Assembly: GCA_030685015.1 (NCBI GenBank)
Contig: JAUXWS010000043.1
Span: forward strand, 26,844 to 90,843
Length of the DNA: 64,000 nt
Direction of reading: 5' to 3'
Source: a bacterium
Lineage (GTDB): Bacteria > CAIWAD01
Positions 40,391 to 50,343 of the stretch are shown here, one piece after another; within the stretch, counting starts at the first letter, position 1, and every line of letters starts with the position of its first letter. The notes below the pieces were generated by a model. That model was given only the letters and a program-made list of their open reading frames with translations. It made no database searches and had not been told where the DNA came from. The position numbers were made by a program, and so were the translations under genes.

Positions 40391-40977
40391 GGGCTCTCAT
40401 CCTTGATGTTTTTCGCCAACAGTGTCATCAACCGGCCACGGGCGCGATTGATCCTGCTCTTGACCGTACCCAATGGCACACCGAGCATTTCAACGATCTC
40501 GTCATAGGAAAGTTCCTCAAGCTCCCGCAGGATGATCACTTCCCGGAACTCGTCCGGCAGTTGATCGATGGCCGCCCGCACCAGCTCGATGGTCATGTTG
40601 CGGTGGACCTGACTGTCCACGGCGGGGCCGGGGTGCGGCAGCTCGATGGGCCGGTCGCCCGGCTCGCGCGGTTCGAGGTCCACCCGCGGCTCGCGGGCCT
40701 GTCGACGCATCTCGGAGCGCACCAGATTCCCGGCAATGGTGTAGATCCAGGTGGAGAAGCGGGCGATGTTGCGGTACTTCAGCTTGTGGCGCCACAGGCG
40801 GATGAAGGTCTCCTGCAGGAGATCCTGGGCCAGGGGGCGATTGCGCACCATCTGGTCGATGAAAGTGAACAAGCGGTCACGATAGCGACGGACCAACTCG
40901 TCGAATGCCTCCTGCTCATCCTGCTGGAAGCGTTCCATCACCTCTTCATCGGTCAGATGGGTCATGGGCGTCGGCAT
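40387..40977 (-). CDS. ECF-family RNA polymerase sigma-70 factor.
   Basis: Sigma-70 region 2 (FDELVRRYRDRLFTFI...QETFIRLW) and region 4 helix-turn-helix (LSYDEIVEMLGVPLGTVKSRINRARGRL). Trimmed to Met-40. The stop overlaps the anti-sigma start. Confidence 0.85.
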   Translation of the reverse strand: MPTPMTHLTDEEVMERFQQDEQEAFDELVRRYRDRLFTFIDQMVRNRPLAQDLLQETFIRLWRHKLKYRNIARFSTWIYTIAGNLVRSEMRRQAREPRVDLEPREPGDRPIELPHPGPAVDSQVHRNMTIELVRAAIDQLPDEFREVIILRELEELSYDEIVEMLGVPLGTVKSRINRARGRLMTLLAKNIKDESP

Positions 40978-42014
40978 AGTCGGACCACCAACTGGAAGGT
41001 GATTTGTGACGGAGGAAGCGGGCTGTCGCCCTTGAGGGCCATGTCCGCCTCGAGCACCAGGCGGAGGGCCTCCTCCAGCCTGTCCTGCGGCCATCGGGCC
41101 AGCGCGCCCGCCATGGGACGCATCTGGTAGGGGTTCAACTTGAGCCGCGCTTCGATTTCAGGCAGGGGATGCCCCCGGTCGCGCAATTGGGCGGCGAAGG
41201 CGAGGCGGCCCAGGCTCTTGCCCAGGATGCCCGGCAGGATGAAGGCGTTGTCCGGAACACGCGAAAGGCTGCGCAGGATGGTCAGGGCGCGGGGCGTGTT
41301 CTCCGCCAGGATGGCGTCCACCAGGTCGAAGGGCCGGGCGTCGGCCTCCATGCCCAGGGCGTGGGCCAGGTCGAGCTCCCGCACCTCCGCGCCATCCTCC
41401 ACCAACAGGCAGATCTTCTCGACCTCCTGCCGGGCCATGCGCAGCGGGATGTGGGCCAGCTGTTCGGCCAGGCCGGCCGCCAGGGCGGGCGGCAGCCGGC
41501 GGCCCAGCCCGGCGCAGGCCTCGCCCAGCCAAAGGGCCAGCTGGCGTGATCCCAGCGGCGGAAACTCGAAGACGGCCGCCTCCTTGAGCACGCGCGTCCA
41601 GACCTTGCGCCGCTTGTCCAGGGGCCAGCCGATGAGGAGAAGGCAGGTGGTGGGCGAGGGCTGGTCCAGGTAGCTCAGCAAGTCCTTGAGCAGGGCCGCC
41701 GGCGCCTTCTCGCAGCGCTTGAGCACCACCAGCCGCCGTTCCGCCATCATGGGAAAGGAGCCCGCCTGGGCGAACAACTCCTCGGCCCGCACCTCGTCGG
41801 CGTGGAAGAGGTCGCGATTGAAATCGGCGGTGGCAGGATCCGTCACCTTCTCCCAGAAAAAGCGGAAAGCCTCCTCGACCAGGTATTCCTCGGCGCCCTC
41901 GGTCCGGCCGCTTCCTGTGAGCAGGACAATGGGCGGCAGCAGGCCGCCGCGCAGATCCTCCTCGGTGGGCAGGCGCTTCCAAAGGCCCGTGCGGGCCGTG
42001 CCGGCCTGGGTCGG
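40962..42014 (-). CDS. holA: DNA polymerase III delta subunit (HolA). The 5' end and start codon are unresolved.
   Basis: The conserved N-terminal PIVLLTGSG..EEYLVEEAF motif and the rest of the protein fit HolA. No in-frame ATG/GTG/TTG exists between the upstream gene stop (42017) and this motif; only CTG/ATT codons are available. The coordinates span the open frame, not a verified start. Confidence 0.55.
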   Translation of the reverse strand, partial: PTQAGTARTGLWKRLPTEEDLRGGLLPPIVLLTGSGRTEGAEEYLVEEAFRFFWEKVTDPATADFNRDLFHADEVRAEELFAQAGSFPMMAERRLVVLKRCEKAPAALLKDLLSYLDQPSPTTCLLLIGWPLDKRRKVWTRVLKEAAVFEFPPLGSRQLALWLGEACAGLGRRLPPALAAGLAEQLAHIPLRMARQEVEKICLLVEDGAEVRELDLAHALGMEADARPFDLVDAILAENTPRALTILRSLSRVPDNAFILPGILGKSLGRLAFAAQLRDRGHPLPEIEARLKLNPYQMRPMAGALARWPQDRLEEALRLVLEADMALKGDSPLPPSQITFQLVVRLCRRP

Positions 42015-42016
42015 GC

Positions 42017-42787
42017 TCAGCCGGCCCTCCCCCGCCGCCGCTCGACGGCCACCAGGAAGGAGGCCATGAGGGCGGTGGTCAGGGGAGATCCGGCCATCCG
42101 CTCCGGATGCCACTGCACGCCCAGCAGGAAAGGGTGGCCGCCCAGGCGCACCGCTTCCACCACCTCCGGCTCGCCCACCGCCGTGGCCAGGACTTCCAGA
42201 TCCTGCCCCAACCGCCGCAGACCCTGGTGGTGGGTGCTGGTGACCCATGCTCCGCCCATCGCCCCGATGAGGGGGTCCTCCGCTGGTCCGACAGCGAGCA
42301 GGCCGTGCACCAAGTCGAAGGGATCGTCGCCGCCGGGATGGCCCGCCCGCCCCACCTGTCGCTCCAGATCCTGCCACAGGTCGCCGCCCAGGCTGACATT
42401 GAGCTGCTGCATGCCGCGGCAGATCCCCAGCAGGGGCAGGCGGCGCTCCAGGGCGGCCTTGACCAGGACGTCCTCCCATCTGCTGCGCACTCGTTCGCTT
42501 TCGCCCAGGGGCAGCACATGGCCGCCCGCCTCCAGCTCCTCCTCCCCCCACAAGACCGGATCCAGATCCGAGCCGCCCGACAGGAGCAGGCCGTCCAGCC
42601 GCTCCACCAGCTCAGCCGCTTCGACGGGATCCTGCCCCACGGCCAGCAGGACGGGCCTCGCTCCGGCGGCCCGCACCATGGCGGGATAGGTGGACAGGAG
42701 GTAGTCCAGCCGATGGCCCGGCTTGAGGGGGCGCGCTCCCGCCGGGTCGAAGCTGGCCTCCATGCTGATGCCGATCAGGGGTCTCAT
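42017..42787 (-). CDS. Class I glutamine amidotransferase-like protein, peptidase C26 family (gamma-glutamyl-GABA hydrolase-like).
   Basis: Catalytic triad context GICRGMQ...H...E (WHPE). Trimmed to MRPLIGIS. The ATG overlaps the uppP stop. Confidence 0.7.
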   Translation of the reverse strand: MRPLIGISMEASFDPAGARPLKPGHRLDYLLSTYPAMVRAAGARPVLLAVGQDPVEAAELVERLDGLLLSGGSDLDPVLWGEEELEAGGHVLPLGESERVRSRWEDVLVKAALERRLPLLGICRGMQQLNVSLGGDLWQDLERQVGRAGHPGGDDPFDLVHGLLAVGPAEDPLIGAMGGAWVTSTHHQGLRRLGQDLEVLATAVGEPEVVEAVRLGGHPFLLGVQWHPERMAGSPLTTALMASFLVAVERRRGRAG

Positions 42788-43608
42788 GCAAAGCTCCCCA
42801 GCAGAAGGGCCGCCAGTCCGACGACGAAGCAGTAGCAGGCGAAATAGGTCAGGCTGCGGTGCCGCACGGCAATGAGCAGCCACTGCAACGCCAGGTAGCC
42901 CACCACCGCCGAGCAGATGAAGCCGGCACCCAAGGCGGCGGGGGAGGTGCTGAGGACCGCCTCTCCGGTCCACAGGTCGCGGGCTTCCAGCAAGGCCGCT
43001 CCGCTCACCGCCGGAACGCTGATCAGGAAGGAGAAGCGCGCCGCCTCAACCGGGCGCAGGCCGCAGAGCAGCCCGGCGACGATGGTGGATCCGGAGCGGC
43101 TGATGCCGGGCAGGATGGCCAGGGCCTGTACCGCTCCCACGCCCAGGGCCCGCGGCAGGCCCAGTTGCTCGGCCAGCCGGTTGCCCTGGCGCAAACGATC
43201 GCCCACGAAGAGGATGGCCGCCGTTCCCATCAGCAGCAGGGCGACCAGCCGTGGATTGCCGAAGACCTGCTCGATCGGCCCCTTCATCGTAAGACCCACC
43301 AGCGCGGCGGGCAGGGTGGCCACCACCATGGCCAGCAGGAGCCGATGGTGGCGACGACGCTGGTCCTCCTCCATGCGACGGGCGGTCCCCGGCCAGAGCG
43401 AGGCAGCCAGGCGCAGGAGGTCTTGGCGATAGGCCACCACCACGGCAAGCAGCGTTCCCAGATGCAACACCACCTCGAGGAGGAGACCCTGGCTGCCGTG
43501 GGGCGCCATGCCCAGGAAATGCTCGCCCAGCACCAGGTGTCCGGAGCTGGAAATGGGCAGGAACTCGGTCAGGCCCTGGAGGATGCCCAGCAGCATGGCG
43601 TCCAGCAT
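42784..43608 (-). CDS. uppP: Undecaprenyl-diphosphate phosphatase UppP/BacA.
   Basis: Eight predicted TMs, with the conserved LPISSSGH and ISRSGSTI motifs. Confidence 0.9.
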   Translation of the reverse strand: MLDAMLLGILQGLTEFLPISSSGHLVLGEHFLGMAPHGSQGLLLEVVLHLGTLLAVVVAYRQDLLRLAASLWPGTARRMEEDQRRRHHRLLLAMVVATLPAALVGLTMKGPIEQVFGNPRLVALLLMGTAAILFVGDRLRQGNRLAEQLGLPRALGVGAVQALAILPGISRSGSTIVAGLLCGLRPVEAARFSFLISVPAVSGAALLEARDLWTGEAVLSTSPAALGAGFICSAVVGYLALQWLLIAVRHRSLTYFACYCFVVGLAALLLGSFA

Positions 43609-45230
43609 CAGTTGGTCCCCTCCGCCCTTATGCGACCGCCCAACATCTCATAACTCCGGCCGTTCCAGCCCAGCAGCCAGGCTCCCGCCGCGCGCTGACG
43701 CTCCAGGTCGAGGGAGGGCCCGGCCAGGCTTGGCAGCGGCAGGCGGGCCAGGGTGCCGCCCAGGTCCAGGCCGGTGGCGGCGGCGCGCTCGCCGGCTCCG
43801 ATCACCAGGCGGACACACTCGTGGGCGCGGCTCTCCGCCGCGGTCGGGGCGCGGTTCTCGCGCTGGAACAAGTCCCGGCGGTAGGCTTCCCCCGCCGCGC
43901 CCAAACCCGCCTGGCCGGCATAGCCCGGCGGCAGCCAGTCGGCCAGCAGGAGCAGGCGGCCTTCCAGGCCGGGAGGCATGCAATTTTCCAGCGCCACGCC
44001 CAGATCCCGGTCACCCAGCACCCGGTCGCCGACCGGAATGCGGGTGAGGACCTCGGCCAGCCGCTCACCCTCCTCCTCCGCCCCCAGCATCACCCACACC
44101 GCGGGGCCGGACAGGCCGGCGCGGTAATCCTGCAGATTCCCCAGCTGGACCTCCAGGCTGCGCGCGCCGGGAAAGTACCACTGCTCCGGCCCCATTGACC
44201 GCCCTGACCGGCGCAGCCCCCCATGCAGCCCCTGCAGGACCCGATGGGCCGGTCGGGAGGCGGGCGCGAGAAAGCAGATGCCGGAGGCGTCCAGGCTGTC
44301 GACGGCCACCTCCGCCAGGATGGATCCCAGGGCTTCTGCATCCAGTCCGAACTGCAGCAAATCGGGTGAGAGCGTGTGGAGCGGCGGCCCCCCATGCTCC
44401 GGCACGACGATGGGCCGACCCGCGCGCCAGCCGGCCGCCGCGGACAGGGAGGACGCATCCCCCGACAGCAGGATGGCATCAGGGCCCTGGCTGGCGGCCC
44501 GCTGCAGCAGGTCGCGGGCAAGCCAGGGATCCGACTGGCTGTCATGGACGGACACCTGCCAGGAGGCGCCGCCGCCTCGGCGGTGCAGGCGAATGGCCGC
44601 CTCCGCCCCTTCGGCCAGGGCCCGGCCGTGGATCGCCTCGGATCCGCTCAGGGGCGCCACCACGGCCAGGGTGCGCGTCACGCGGCGGGAGTCCCGCCAG
44701 GCGGCCAGCCAGCGGCGGCCCGCCCCTCCGGCGGAGGACGACAGCTCGTCGCGTTGCCGGCCATCCAATTGCTCGCGCCAGAGCTCGGCAAACAGTCTTC
44801 CGGCCTCCTCCCGTAACCGTCCGTCTCCACCCGTGGCCGCCAGATCCAGCAGCAGGTGGGCCGCCGCCGACCCTTGGCCGCGCCGGGCCAGCCACCGCGC
44901 CAGCATCCAGTCGGCCGACTCCTGGTAGCGGGCAGCAGGCCAGGCGCGCCTGAACTCCTCCCGCCGACGGGGCAGCAGGCTGTCGTCTTCCCATTCGGCC
45001 CTCAGCCACAGATCGAGCCAGGCCCACGTGCTGGCCGAGGCGTCGCGGGCGGCCAGACCCTCGTCCACCAGCAGGCGCAGGGCGGCCCGTTGGGCGGGAT
45101 CCTCGCAACCGCCGCCCCGGGTCGCCAGCACCAGGATCTGGTCAAGCTCCGGGGTCGCGCCGCCCGCCGGTGTGCTGAGGAGCAAGACCGGCAGCAGCAG
45201 GAGACGGATGAGGGCGGATGGGCGACGCAT
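43608..45230 (-). CDS. Secreted protein with a periplasmic-binding-protein type I-like C-terminal domain and a helical N-terminal domain (LpoA-like; tentative).
   Basis: Signal peptide (LLLLPVLLLSTPAGGA). N-terminal W-rich helical region. The TLAVVAPLSGSEAIHGRALAEGAEAAIRL segment resembles Leu/Ile/Val-binding-protein-like folds, as in LpoA. It lies between glmS and uppP. Confidence 0.35.
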   Translation of the reverse strand: MRRPSALIRLLLLPVLLLSTPAGGATPELDQILVLATRGGGCEDPAQRAALRLLVDEGLAARDASASTWAWLDLWLRAEWEDDSLLPRRREEFRRAWPAARYQESADWMLARWLARRGQGSAAAHLLLDLAATGGDGRLREEAGRLFAELWREQLDGRQRDELSSSAGGAGRRWLAAWRDSRRVTRTLAVVAPLSGSEAIHGRALAEGAEAAIRLHRRGGGASWQVSVHDSQSDPWLARDLLQRAASQGPDAILLSGDASSLSAAAGWRAGRPIVVPEHGGPPLHTLSPDLLQFGLDAEALGSILAEVAVDSLDASGICFLAPASRPAHRVLQGLHGGLRRSGRSMGPEQWYFPGARSLEVQLGNLQDYRAGLSGPAVWVMLGAEEEGERLAEVLTRIPVGDRVLGDRDLGVALENCMPPGLEGRLLLLADWLPPGYAGQAGLGAAGEAYRRDLFQRENRAPTAAESRAHECVRLVIGAGERAAATGLDLGGTLARLPLPSLAGPSLDLERQRAAGAWLLGWNGRSYEMLGGRIRAEGTN

Positions 45231-47054
45231 TCACTCCACCGTCACGGACTTGGCCAGGTTGCGGGGCTGGTCCACATCGCAGCCACGCTCCACGGCGATG
45301 TAGTAGGAGAGCAGCTGGAGGGGGATGGCGGCCAGGATGGGGAGGGTGGCGGGCTGCGCCTCCGGAATGAGGATGATCTCGTCCGCCAGTTCCCTGAGCT
45401 TCAGATCGTTCTCCGTGGCCACCACCACCACCTTGCCGCCCCGTGCCCTCACCTCCTGGATGTTGGAGATGACCTTCTCGTAGTTGTCGTCCCGCGGCGC
45501 GATGACGATGACGGGCATGTGCTCGTCGATGAGGGCGATGGGGCCGTGTTTCATCTCCGCCGCCGGGTAGCCCTCGGCGTGGACGTAGCTGATCTCCTTC
45601 AGCTTGAGCGCGCCCTCGAGGGCCACCGGGAAGAAGAGCCCGCGGCCCAGGTACAGGGCGTTGTTGTGGCCGGCCAGCTTGAGGGCGATGCGACGGATGT
45701 CGCCGGCACGGTCCAGGATCCATTGGACGCGCTCGGGCAAAGCCTTGAGATCGTCCACCACCTGCCGGCCATGGTTGTAGCCCAGGTGGCGCAGCCGCCC
45801 CATGTGGACGGCAAGCAGGATGAGCACGACCAATTGGCTGGTGAAGGCCTTGGTGCTGGCCACGCCGATCTCGGGGCCGGCGTGGAGATAGACGCCGGCG
45901 TGGCTTTCGCGGGCGATGGCGCTGCCCACCCGGTTGCAGATGCCCAGCACGAGGGCGCCCTTGCGCTTGGCCTCCTTCATTGCCGCCAGCGTGTCCGCTG
46001 TCTCACCCGACTGGCTGATGGCGATGACGCAGCAGTGCTCGTCGATGACGGGATTGCGGTAGCGGAATTCGCTGGCGTACTCCACCTCCACGGGGATGCG
46101 CAGCATGTCCTCGAGGATGTACTCGCCCACCAGGGCGGCATGCCAGCTGGTGCCGCAGGCGGTGAGGATGAGGCGCCGGCAGCCCTTGAGACGCTCGATG
46201 ACGGGGGCGATGCCGCCCAGCCGCACCCCTCCCTCCTCCGGCAGCAGGCGCCCGGCAAAGGCGTCGGCGATGGTGCGCGGCTGCTCGAAGATTTCCTTCA
46301 GCATGAAGTGCGGATAGGCGCCCTTGTCGATGCGCTCCAGCTCCTCCTGCAGCTCCACCGCCTCCCGGTGCACGGGGCGCATGTCGATGGTGAAGACCGA
46401 GACGTCGCTGGCGCGGACGACGGCCATCTCGCCGTCCTCCAGCACGATCACGCGGTCGGAATGGCCGACCAGGGCCTGCTGGTCGCTGGCCACAAAGGAT
46501 TCGTCAGCTCCCAGGCCGATGAGCAGGGGTGAGCCCATCTTCGCCACCACGATGCGGTCCGGCTCGTCCTGATGGAGGACGCAGATGCCGTAGGCACCGT
46601 CCACCAGCCCCAGGGTGATGCGGACCGCCTCGGCCAGATCCCCCCGATAGTGGCGGGCGATGAGATGGACGAGCACCTCGGTGTCGGTCTCGCTGCGGAA
46701 GACGACGCCCTCCTGGCGCAGCTCCTCGCGCAGGGGGGCATAGTTCTCGATGATGCCGTTGTGGATGAGGGCGATGCGTCCGTCGACGCTGAGGTGAGGA
46801 TGGGCGTTGGCCTCGCTGGGCACGCCGTGGGTGGCCCAGCGCGTGTGCCCGAAACCGATGTGCTCGGGGCGGCCATGGCTGACGCGCTGAGCCAGGTGGC
46901 TCACCTTGCCCACGGCCTTCATCACCTGGAGGCCCTGCTCCCCCAGCAGGGCGACGCCCGCCGAGTCATAGCCCCGGTATTCGAGGCGCTTCAAGCCCTC
47001 AAGCAGGAAGGGCACGGCCGGCTTGGGCCCCACATATCCGACAATCCCGCACAT
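45231..47054 (-). CDS. glmS: Glutamine--fructose-6-phosphate aminotransferase.
   Basis: N-terminal MCGIVGY (catalytic Cys2). Two SIS domains. C-terminal ...KSVTVE. Confidence 0.95.
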   Translation of the reverse strand: MCGIVGYVGPKPAVPFLLEGLKRLEYRGYDSAGVALLGEQGLQVMKAVGKVSHLAQRVSHGRPEHIGFGHTRWATHGVPSEANAHPHLSVDGRIALIHNGIIENYAPLREELRQEGVVFRSETDTEVLVHLIARHYRGDLAEAVRITLGLVDGAYGICVLHQDEPDRIVVAKMGSPLLIGLGADESFVASDQQALVGHSDRVIVLEDGEMAVVRASDVSVFTIDMRPVHREAVELQEELERIDKGAYPHFMLKEIFEQPRTIADAFAGRLLPEEGGVRLGGIAPVIERLKGCRRLILTACGTSWHAALVGEYILEDMLRIPVEVEYASEFRYRNPVIDEHCCVIAISQSGETADTLAAMKEAKRKGALVLGICNRVGSAIARESHAGVYLHAGPEIGVASTKAFTSQLVVLILLAVHMGRLRHLGYNHGRQVVDDLKALPERVQWILDRAGDIRRIALKLAGHNNALYLGRGLFFPVALEGALKLKEISYVHAEGYPAAEMKHGPIALIDEHMPVIVIAPRDDNYEKVISNIQEVRARGGKVVVVATENDLKLRELADEIILIPEAQPATLPILAAIPLQLLSYYIAVERGCDVDQPRNLAKSVTVE

Positions 47055-47105
47055 GCGCTTGGCTCCCCTCTGCCGCCCGGCCCCGCAGGCCGGGCCGCGT
47101 GTTGA

Positions 47106-48650
47106 TCATTCCCATTCGATGGTGGCGGGCGGCTTCGAGGAGACGTCGTAGACGACCCGGTTGATGCCGGCCACTTCGTTGATGATGCGATTGGAGACCC
47201 GCCCCAGCAGCTCCCAGGGCAGGCGGCTGAAATCGGCGGTCATGGCGTCGGTGGAGTCCACCACGCGCAGGGCCAGCACATTCTCATAGGTGCGCCTGTC
47301 CCCCATCACGCCGACCGTGGAGACGGGCAGGAGCACGGCCAGGGCCTGCCAGGTGCGGTCGTACCAACCGCTGGCGCGCAGCTCGTCCACCAGGATGCGG
47401 TCCGCCTTCTGCAGGGTGCGCACCCGTTCGGCCGTGACCTCCCCCAGCACGCGGATGGCCAGCCCGGGCCCCGGGAAGGGGTGCCGCCAGAGCATGGAAT
47501 GGGGCAGGCCCAACTCGGCGCCCACGGCGCGCACCTCGTCCTTGAACAATTCGCGCAGCGGCTCCAGCAGGCGGAACTGCAGACGATCGGGCAGGCCGCC
47601 CACATTGTGGTGGGTCTTGATCGTCTGGCTGGGTCCGCGCTGCATGACCGACTCGATCACGTCCGGGTAGAGGGTGCCCTGGGCCAGGAACTCCACGTCC
47701 TCCAGCCGGCGGGATTCCTCCTCGAAGACCTCGATGAAGGCGTGGCCGATGATGCGCCGCTTCCGCTCGGGATCGCTCACCCCCTGCAGCAAGGTGAGGA
47801 AACGTTCCGCGGCGTCGACGGCGACCAGGTTGAGCTGGAGGTTGTCCCGCAGCATGTGCTGCACGGCTTCGGATTCCCCCTCGCGCAGGAGGCCGTTGTC
47901 GACGAAAATGCAAGTGAGGCGCGGGCCGATCGCCTGGTGGATGAGGGCGGCGGTGACGGTGGAGTCCACCCCGCCCGAGATGCCGCAGATGACGCGGCTC
48001 TTCTCCCCCACCGTGGCGCGGATCATCTCCAGCTGGCGCTCGATGAAGCGTCCGGCCGTCCAGCTGGGTTCGCAGCGGCAGATGGCGAAGACGAAGTTCT
48101 GCAGCATCTCCCGGCCATGGATGGTGTGGTGCACCTCGGGATGGAACTGCACGCCCCAGAAGGAGGCGGCGGGGACGCGCAGCACGGCGCAGGGCGTGTT
48201 GGCCGTGGTGGCCAGCACCAGGGAGCCGGCGGGCGGACGGGCGATGGAATCGCCGTGGCTCATCCACACCTGGCTTTCCCGGGGCAATCCGGCGAGCAGG
48301 GGGTCCTCCTCCTGGAGGGTGAGGGTGGCCAGGCCGTACTCCCGCCGCGAGGAGGCGCGCACCTCTCCGCCCAGCGCCTGGCCGGCGATCTGCAGGCCGT
48401 AGCAGATGCCCAGCACGGGAAGGCCCAGCTCAAGCAGATCCAGCTGCAGGCCGGGCGCCCCCTCGTCGTAGACGGAGTTGGGACCGCCGGAGAGGATGAT
48501 GCCGCGCGGCTGGTGGGCCAGGATCTCCTCCCGCGTGGCCGTGCAGGAGAGAATGGCCGAATCCACATGCAGCTCGCGGATCTTGCGGGCGATCAACTGG
48601 GTGTATTGCGACCCGAAATCCAGCACCAGGATCTGATGCGTCTCGCTCAT
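47106..48650 (-). CDS. guaA: GMP synthase (glutamine-hydrolysing).
   Basis: N-terminal GATase (GICYGLQ, HPE). ATP-pyrophosphatase SGGVDS P-loop. C-terminal dimerisation domain ending ...IEWE. Trimmed to MSETHQILVL. Confidence 0.95.
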   Translation of the reverse strand: MSETHQILVLDFGSQYTQLIARKIRELHVDSAILSCTATREEILAHQPRGIILSGGPNSVYDEGAPGLQLDLLELGLPVLGICYGLQIAGQALGGEVRASSRREYGLATLTLQEEDPLLAGLPRESQVWMSHGDSIARPPAGSLVLATTANTPCAVLRVPAASFWGVQFHPEVHHTIHGREMLQNFVFAICRCEPSWTAGRFIERQLEMIRATVGEKSRVICGISGGVDSTVTAALIHQAIGPRLTCIFVDNGLLREGESEAVQHMLRDNLQLNLVAVDAAERFLTLLQGVSDPERKRRIIGHAFIEVFEEESRRLEDVEFLAQGTLYPDVIESVMQRGPSQTIKTHHNVGGLPDRLQFRLLEPLRELFKDEVRAVGAELGLPHSMLWRHPFPGPGLAIRVLGEVTAERVRTLQKADRILVDELRASGWYDRTWQALAVLLPVSTVGVMGDRRTYENVLALRVVDSTDAMTADFSRLPWELLGRVSNRIINEVAGINRVVYDVSSKPPATIEWE

Positions 48651-49435
48651 GGCTCCTCCGCTCGCAGGGTGTCCAATCGCCAGGGCGCCAGCAGCCCGCG
48701 CCAGTCCGGGTGGCTGAGATCCAGCCGGAGGGGGCTCAGGGTGATCCAGCCATCGTGGACCTGGCAATCATCGTGCTCGGGGTCCGTGTCGTCGCCGTTC
48801 TTGGCGCCGTCCATCCACCAATAGCTCTCCCCTCCCGGATCGACGCGCTCGGCGAAGGCCTCGTGAAAGCGGGCGTGGCCCATGCGGGAGACGCGGAAGC
48901 CGCGCATGCGGCCAAGTGGCAGATCCGGCACATTGACGTTGAGCAGGACCTCGGCGGGCAAAGGGTGGCGCTCCATCAGCCCCACCAGGCGCCGCACGAC
49001 CCGGGCGGCCGTCGCCAGCGCCTCCTCCCGCACGGGACCGTGCCCGGTGGCGAGGGAGACCGCCATGGCGGGGATGCCGGCAAAGGTGCCCTCCGCCGCC
49101 GCCGCCACCGTCCCGGAATAGAACAGGTTCTGTCCCGTGTTGGCGCCGTGGTTGATGCCGGACACCACCAGGTCGGGCGGAGCCTCGTGGCAGAGCACGG
49201 TCAGGCCGAACTTGACAGCGTCGGCGGGCAGTCCTGTCACGCCGTGGTAGAGAACCCCGTCCTCTTCCACGCGGCGCACCCGCAGCGGGTCGTGCAGGGT
49301 GAGGCCGTGGCCCGTGGCCGAGCACTCCCCGGCCGGGGCGGAGACGACCAGTTCGTGGTCCGGGGCGAGGACACGCTGGAGGGCGCGCAGGCCCGCGGCA
49401 CGGTAGCCGTCGTCATTGCTCAGAAGGATTTTCAC
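48647..49435 (-). CDS. surE: 5'/3'-nucleotidase SurE.
   Basis: GTG start. N-terminal ILLSNDDGY motif and GINHGAN motif. The stop overlaps the guaA ATG; the GTG overlaps the accD stop. Confidence 0.85.
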   Translation of the reverse strand: MKILLSNDDGYRAAGLRALQRVLAPDHELVVSAPAGECSATGHGLTLHDPLRVRRVEEDGVLYHGVTGLPADAVKFGLTVLCHEAPPDLVVSGINHGANTGQNLFYSGTVAAAAEGTFAGIPAMAVSLATGHGPVREEALATAARVVRRLVGLMERHPLPAEVLLNVNVPDLPLGRMRGFRVSRMGHARFHEAFAERVDPGGESYWWMDGAKNGDDTDPEHDDCQVHDGWITLSPLRLDLSHPDWRGLLAPWRLDTLRAEEP

Positions 49436-50343
49436 GCGAAGGCCGGTTCCTCGCCCTCGTCGGAGGAGTCCTCCCCCGCGCCGGCCGGCGCCAGGTCCGG
49501 CGGGACGTTCAATAGATGACAGAAGAGGCGATGCAGGGTCGCCTTCAGGTCGGAGCGCGGCACCACCTGGTCGACAAAGCCGTGCTCCAGCAGGAATTCG
49601 GCCCGCTGGAAGCCGGCCGGCAGGTCCTCGCCAATGGTCTGCTTGATCACGCGCGGCCCGGCGAAGCCGATGAGGGCTCCCGGTTCGGCGATGATGACGT
49701 CTCCCAGCATGGCGAAGGAAGCGGTCGTGCCGCCGGTGGTGGGATCGGTCAAGAGGCTGATGAAGGGCAGCCGCGCCTCGGCCAGCCGGGTGAGCAGGGC
49801 GGAGGTCTTGGCCATCTGCATGAGGGATAGGGTCCCCTCCTGCATGCGCATGCCGCCCGAAGCGGAGAGGATGAGCAGGGGCGTCCGCCGCTCCACGGCA
49901 CGCCGGATGGCGATGGCCATCTTCTCGCCCACCACGCTGCCCACGGATCCGCCGAAATGGGAGAAATCCATCAGGGCGCCCGTCACGGCCAGTCCGTGGA
50001 TGCGGCCGGTGCCTGTCAGCACGGCGTCGTTGAGGCCGGTCTTGCGCGTGGCGGCGGCCAGGCGCCCGGCATAGGGCTCCGTGTCCACGAAGGACAGGAA
50101 GTCGCGCGAGCGGAGGTCCTGCCCGAACTCCTCGAAGGATCCGGTGTCGAACAGGATGTCCCGGTAGCGCCGGCTGTTGATGCGCATGTGGTGGCGGCAC
50201 TGGGGGCAGACTTCCAGGTTCTTCTCCAGCTCCTTGCGGTATAGGATCTGGCCGCAACTGGTGCATTTGATCCACAGTCCGTCGGGCACGGTACTGGCGA
50301 CCGCCTTGCGTGGCCCTTCGGGGCTGCGTTTGAACCAACTCAT
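49432..50343 (-). CDS. accD: Acetyl-CoA carboxylase carboxyltransferase beta subunit.
   Basis: N-terminal C4 zinc ribbon (CTSCGQ...CPQCRHH). Carboxyltransferase domain with a GGSMG-like motif. Confidence 0.9.
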   Translation of the reverse strand: MSWFKRSPEGPRKAVASTVPDGLWIKCTSCGQILYRKELEKNLEVCPQCRHHMRINSRRYRDILFDTGSFEEFGQDLRSRDFLSFVDTEPYAGRLAAATRKTGLNDAVLTGTGRIHGLAVTGALMDFSHFGGSVGSVVGEKMAIAIRRAVERRTPLLILSASGGMRMQEGTLSLMQMAKTSALLTRLAEARLPFISLLTDPTTGGTTASFAMLGDVIIAEPGALIGFAGPRVIKQTIGEDLPAGFQRAEFLLEHGFVDQVVPRSDLKATLHRLFCHLLNVPPDLAPAGAGEDSSDEGEEPAFA

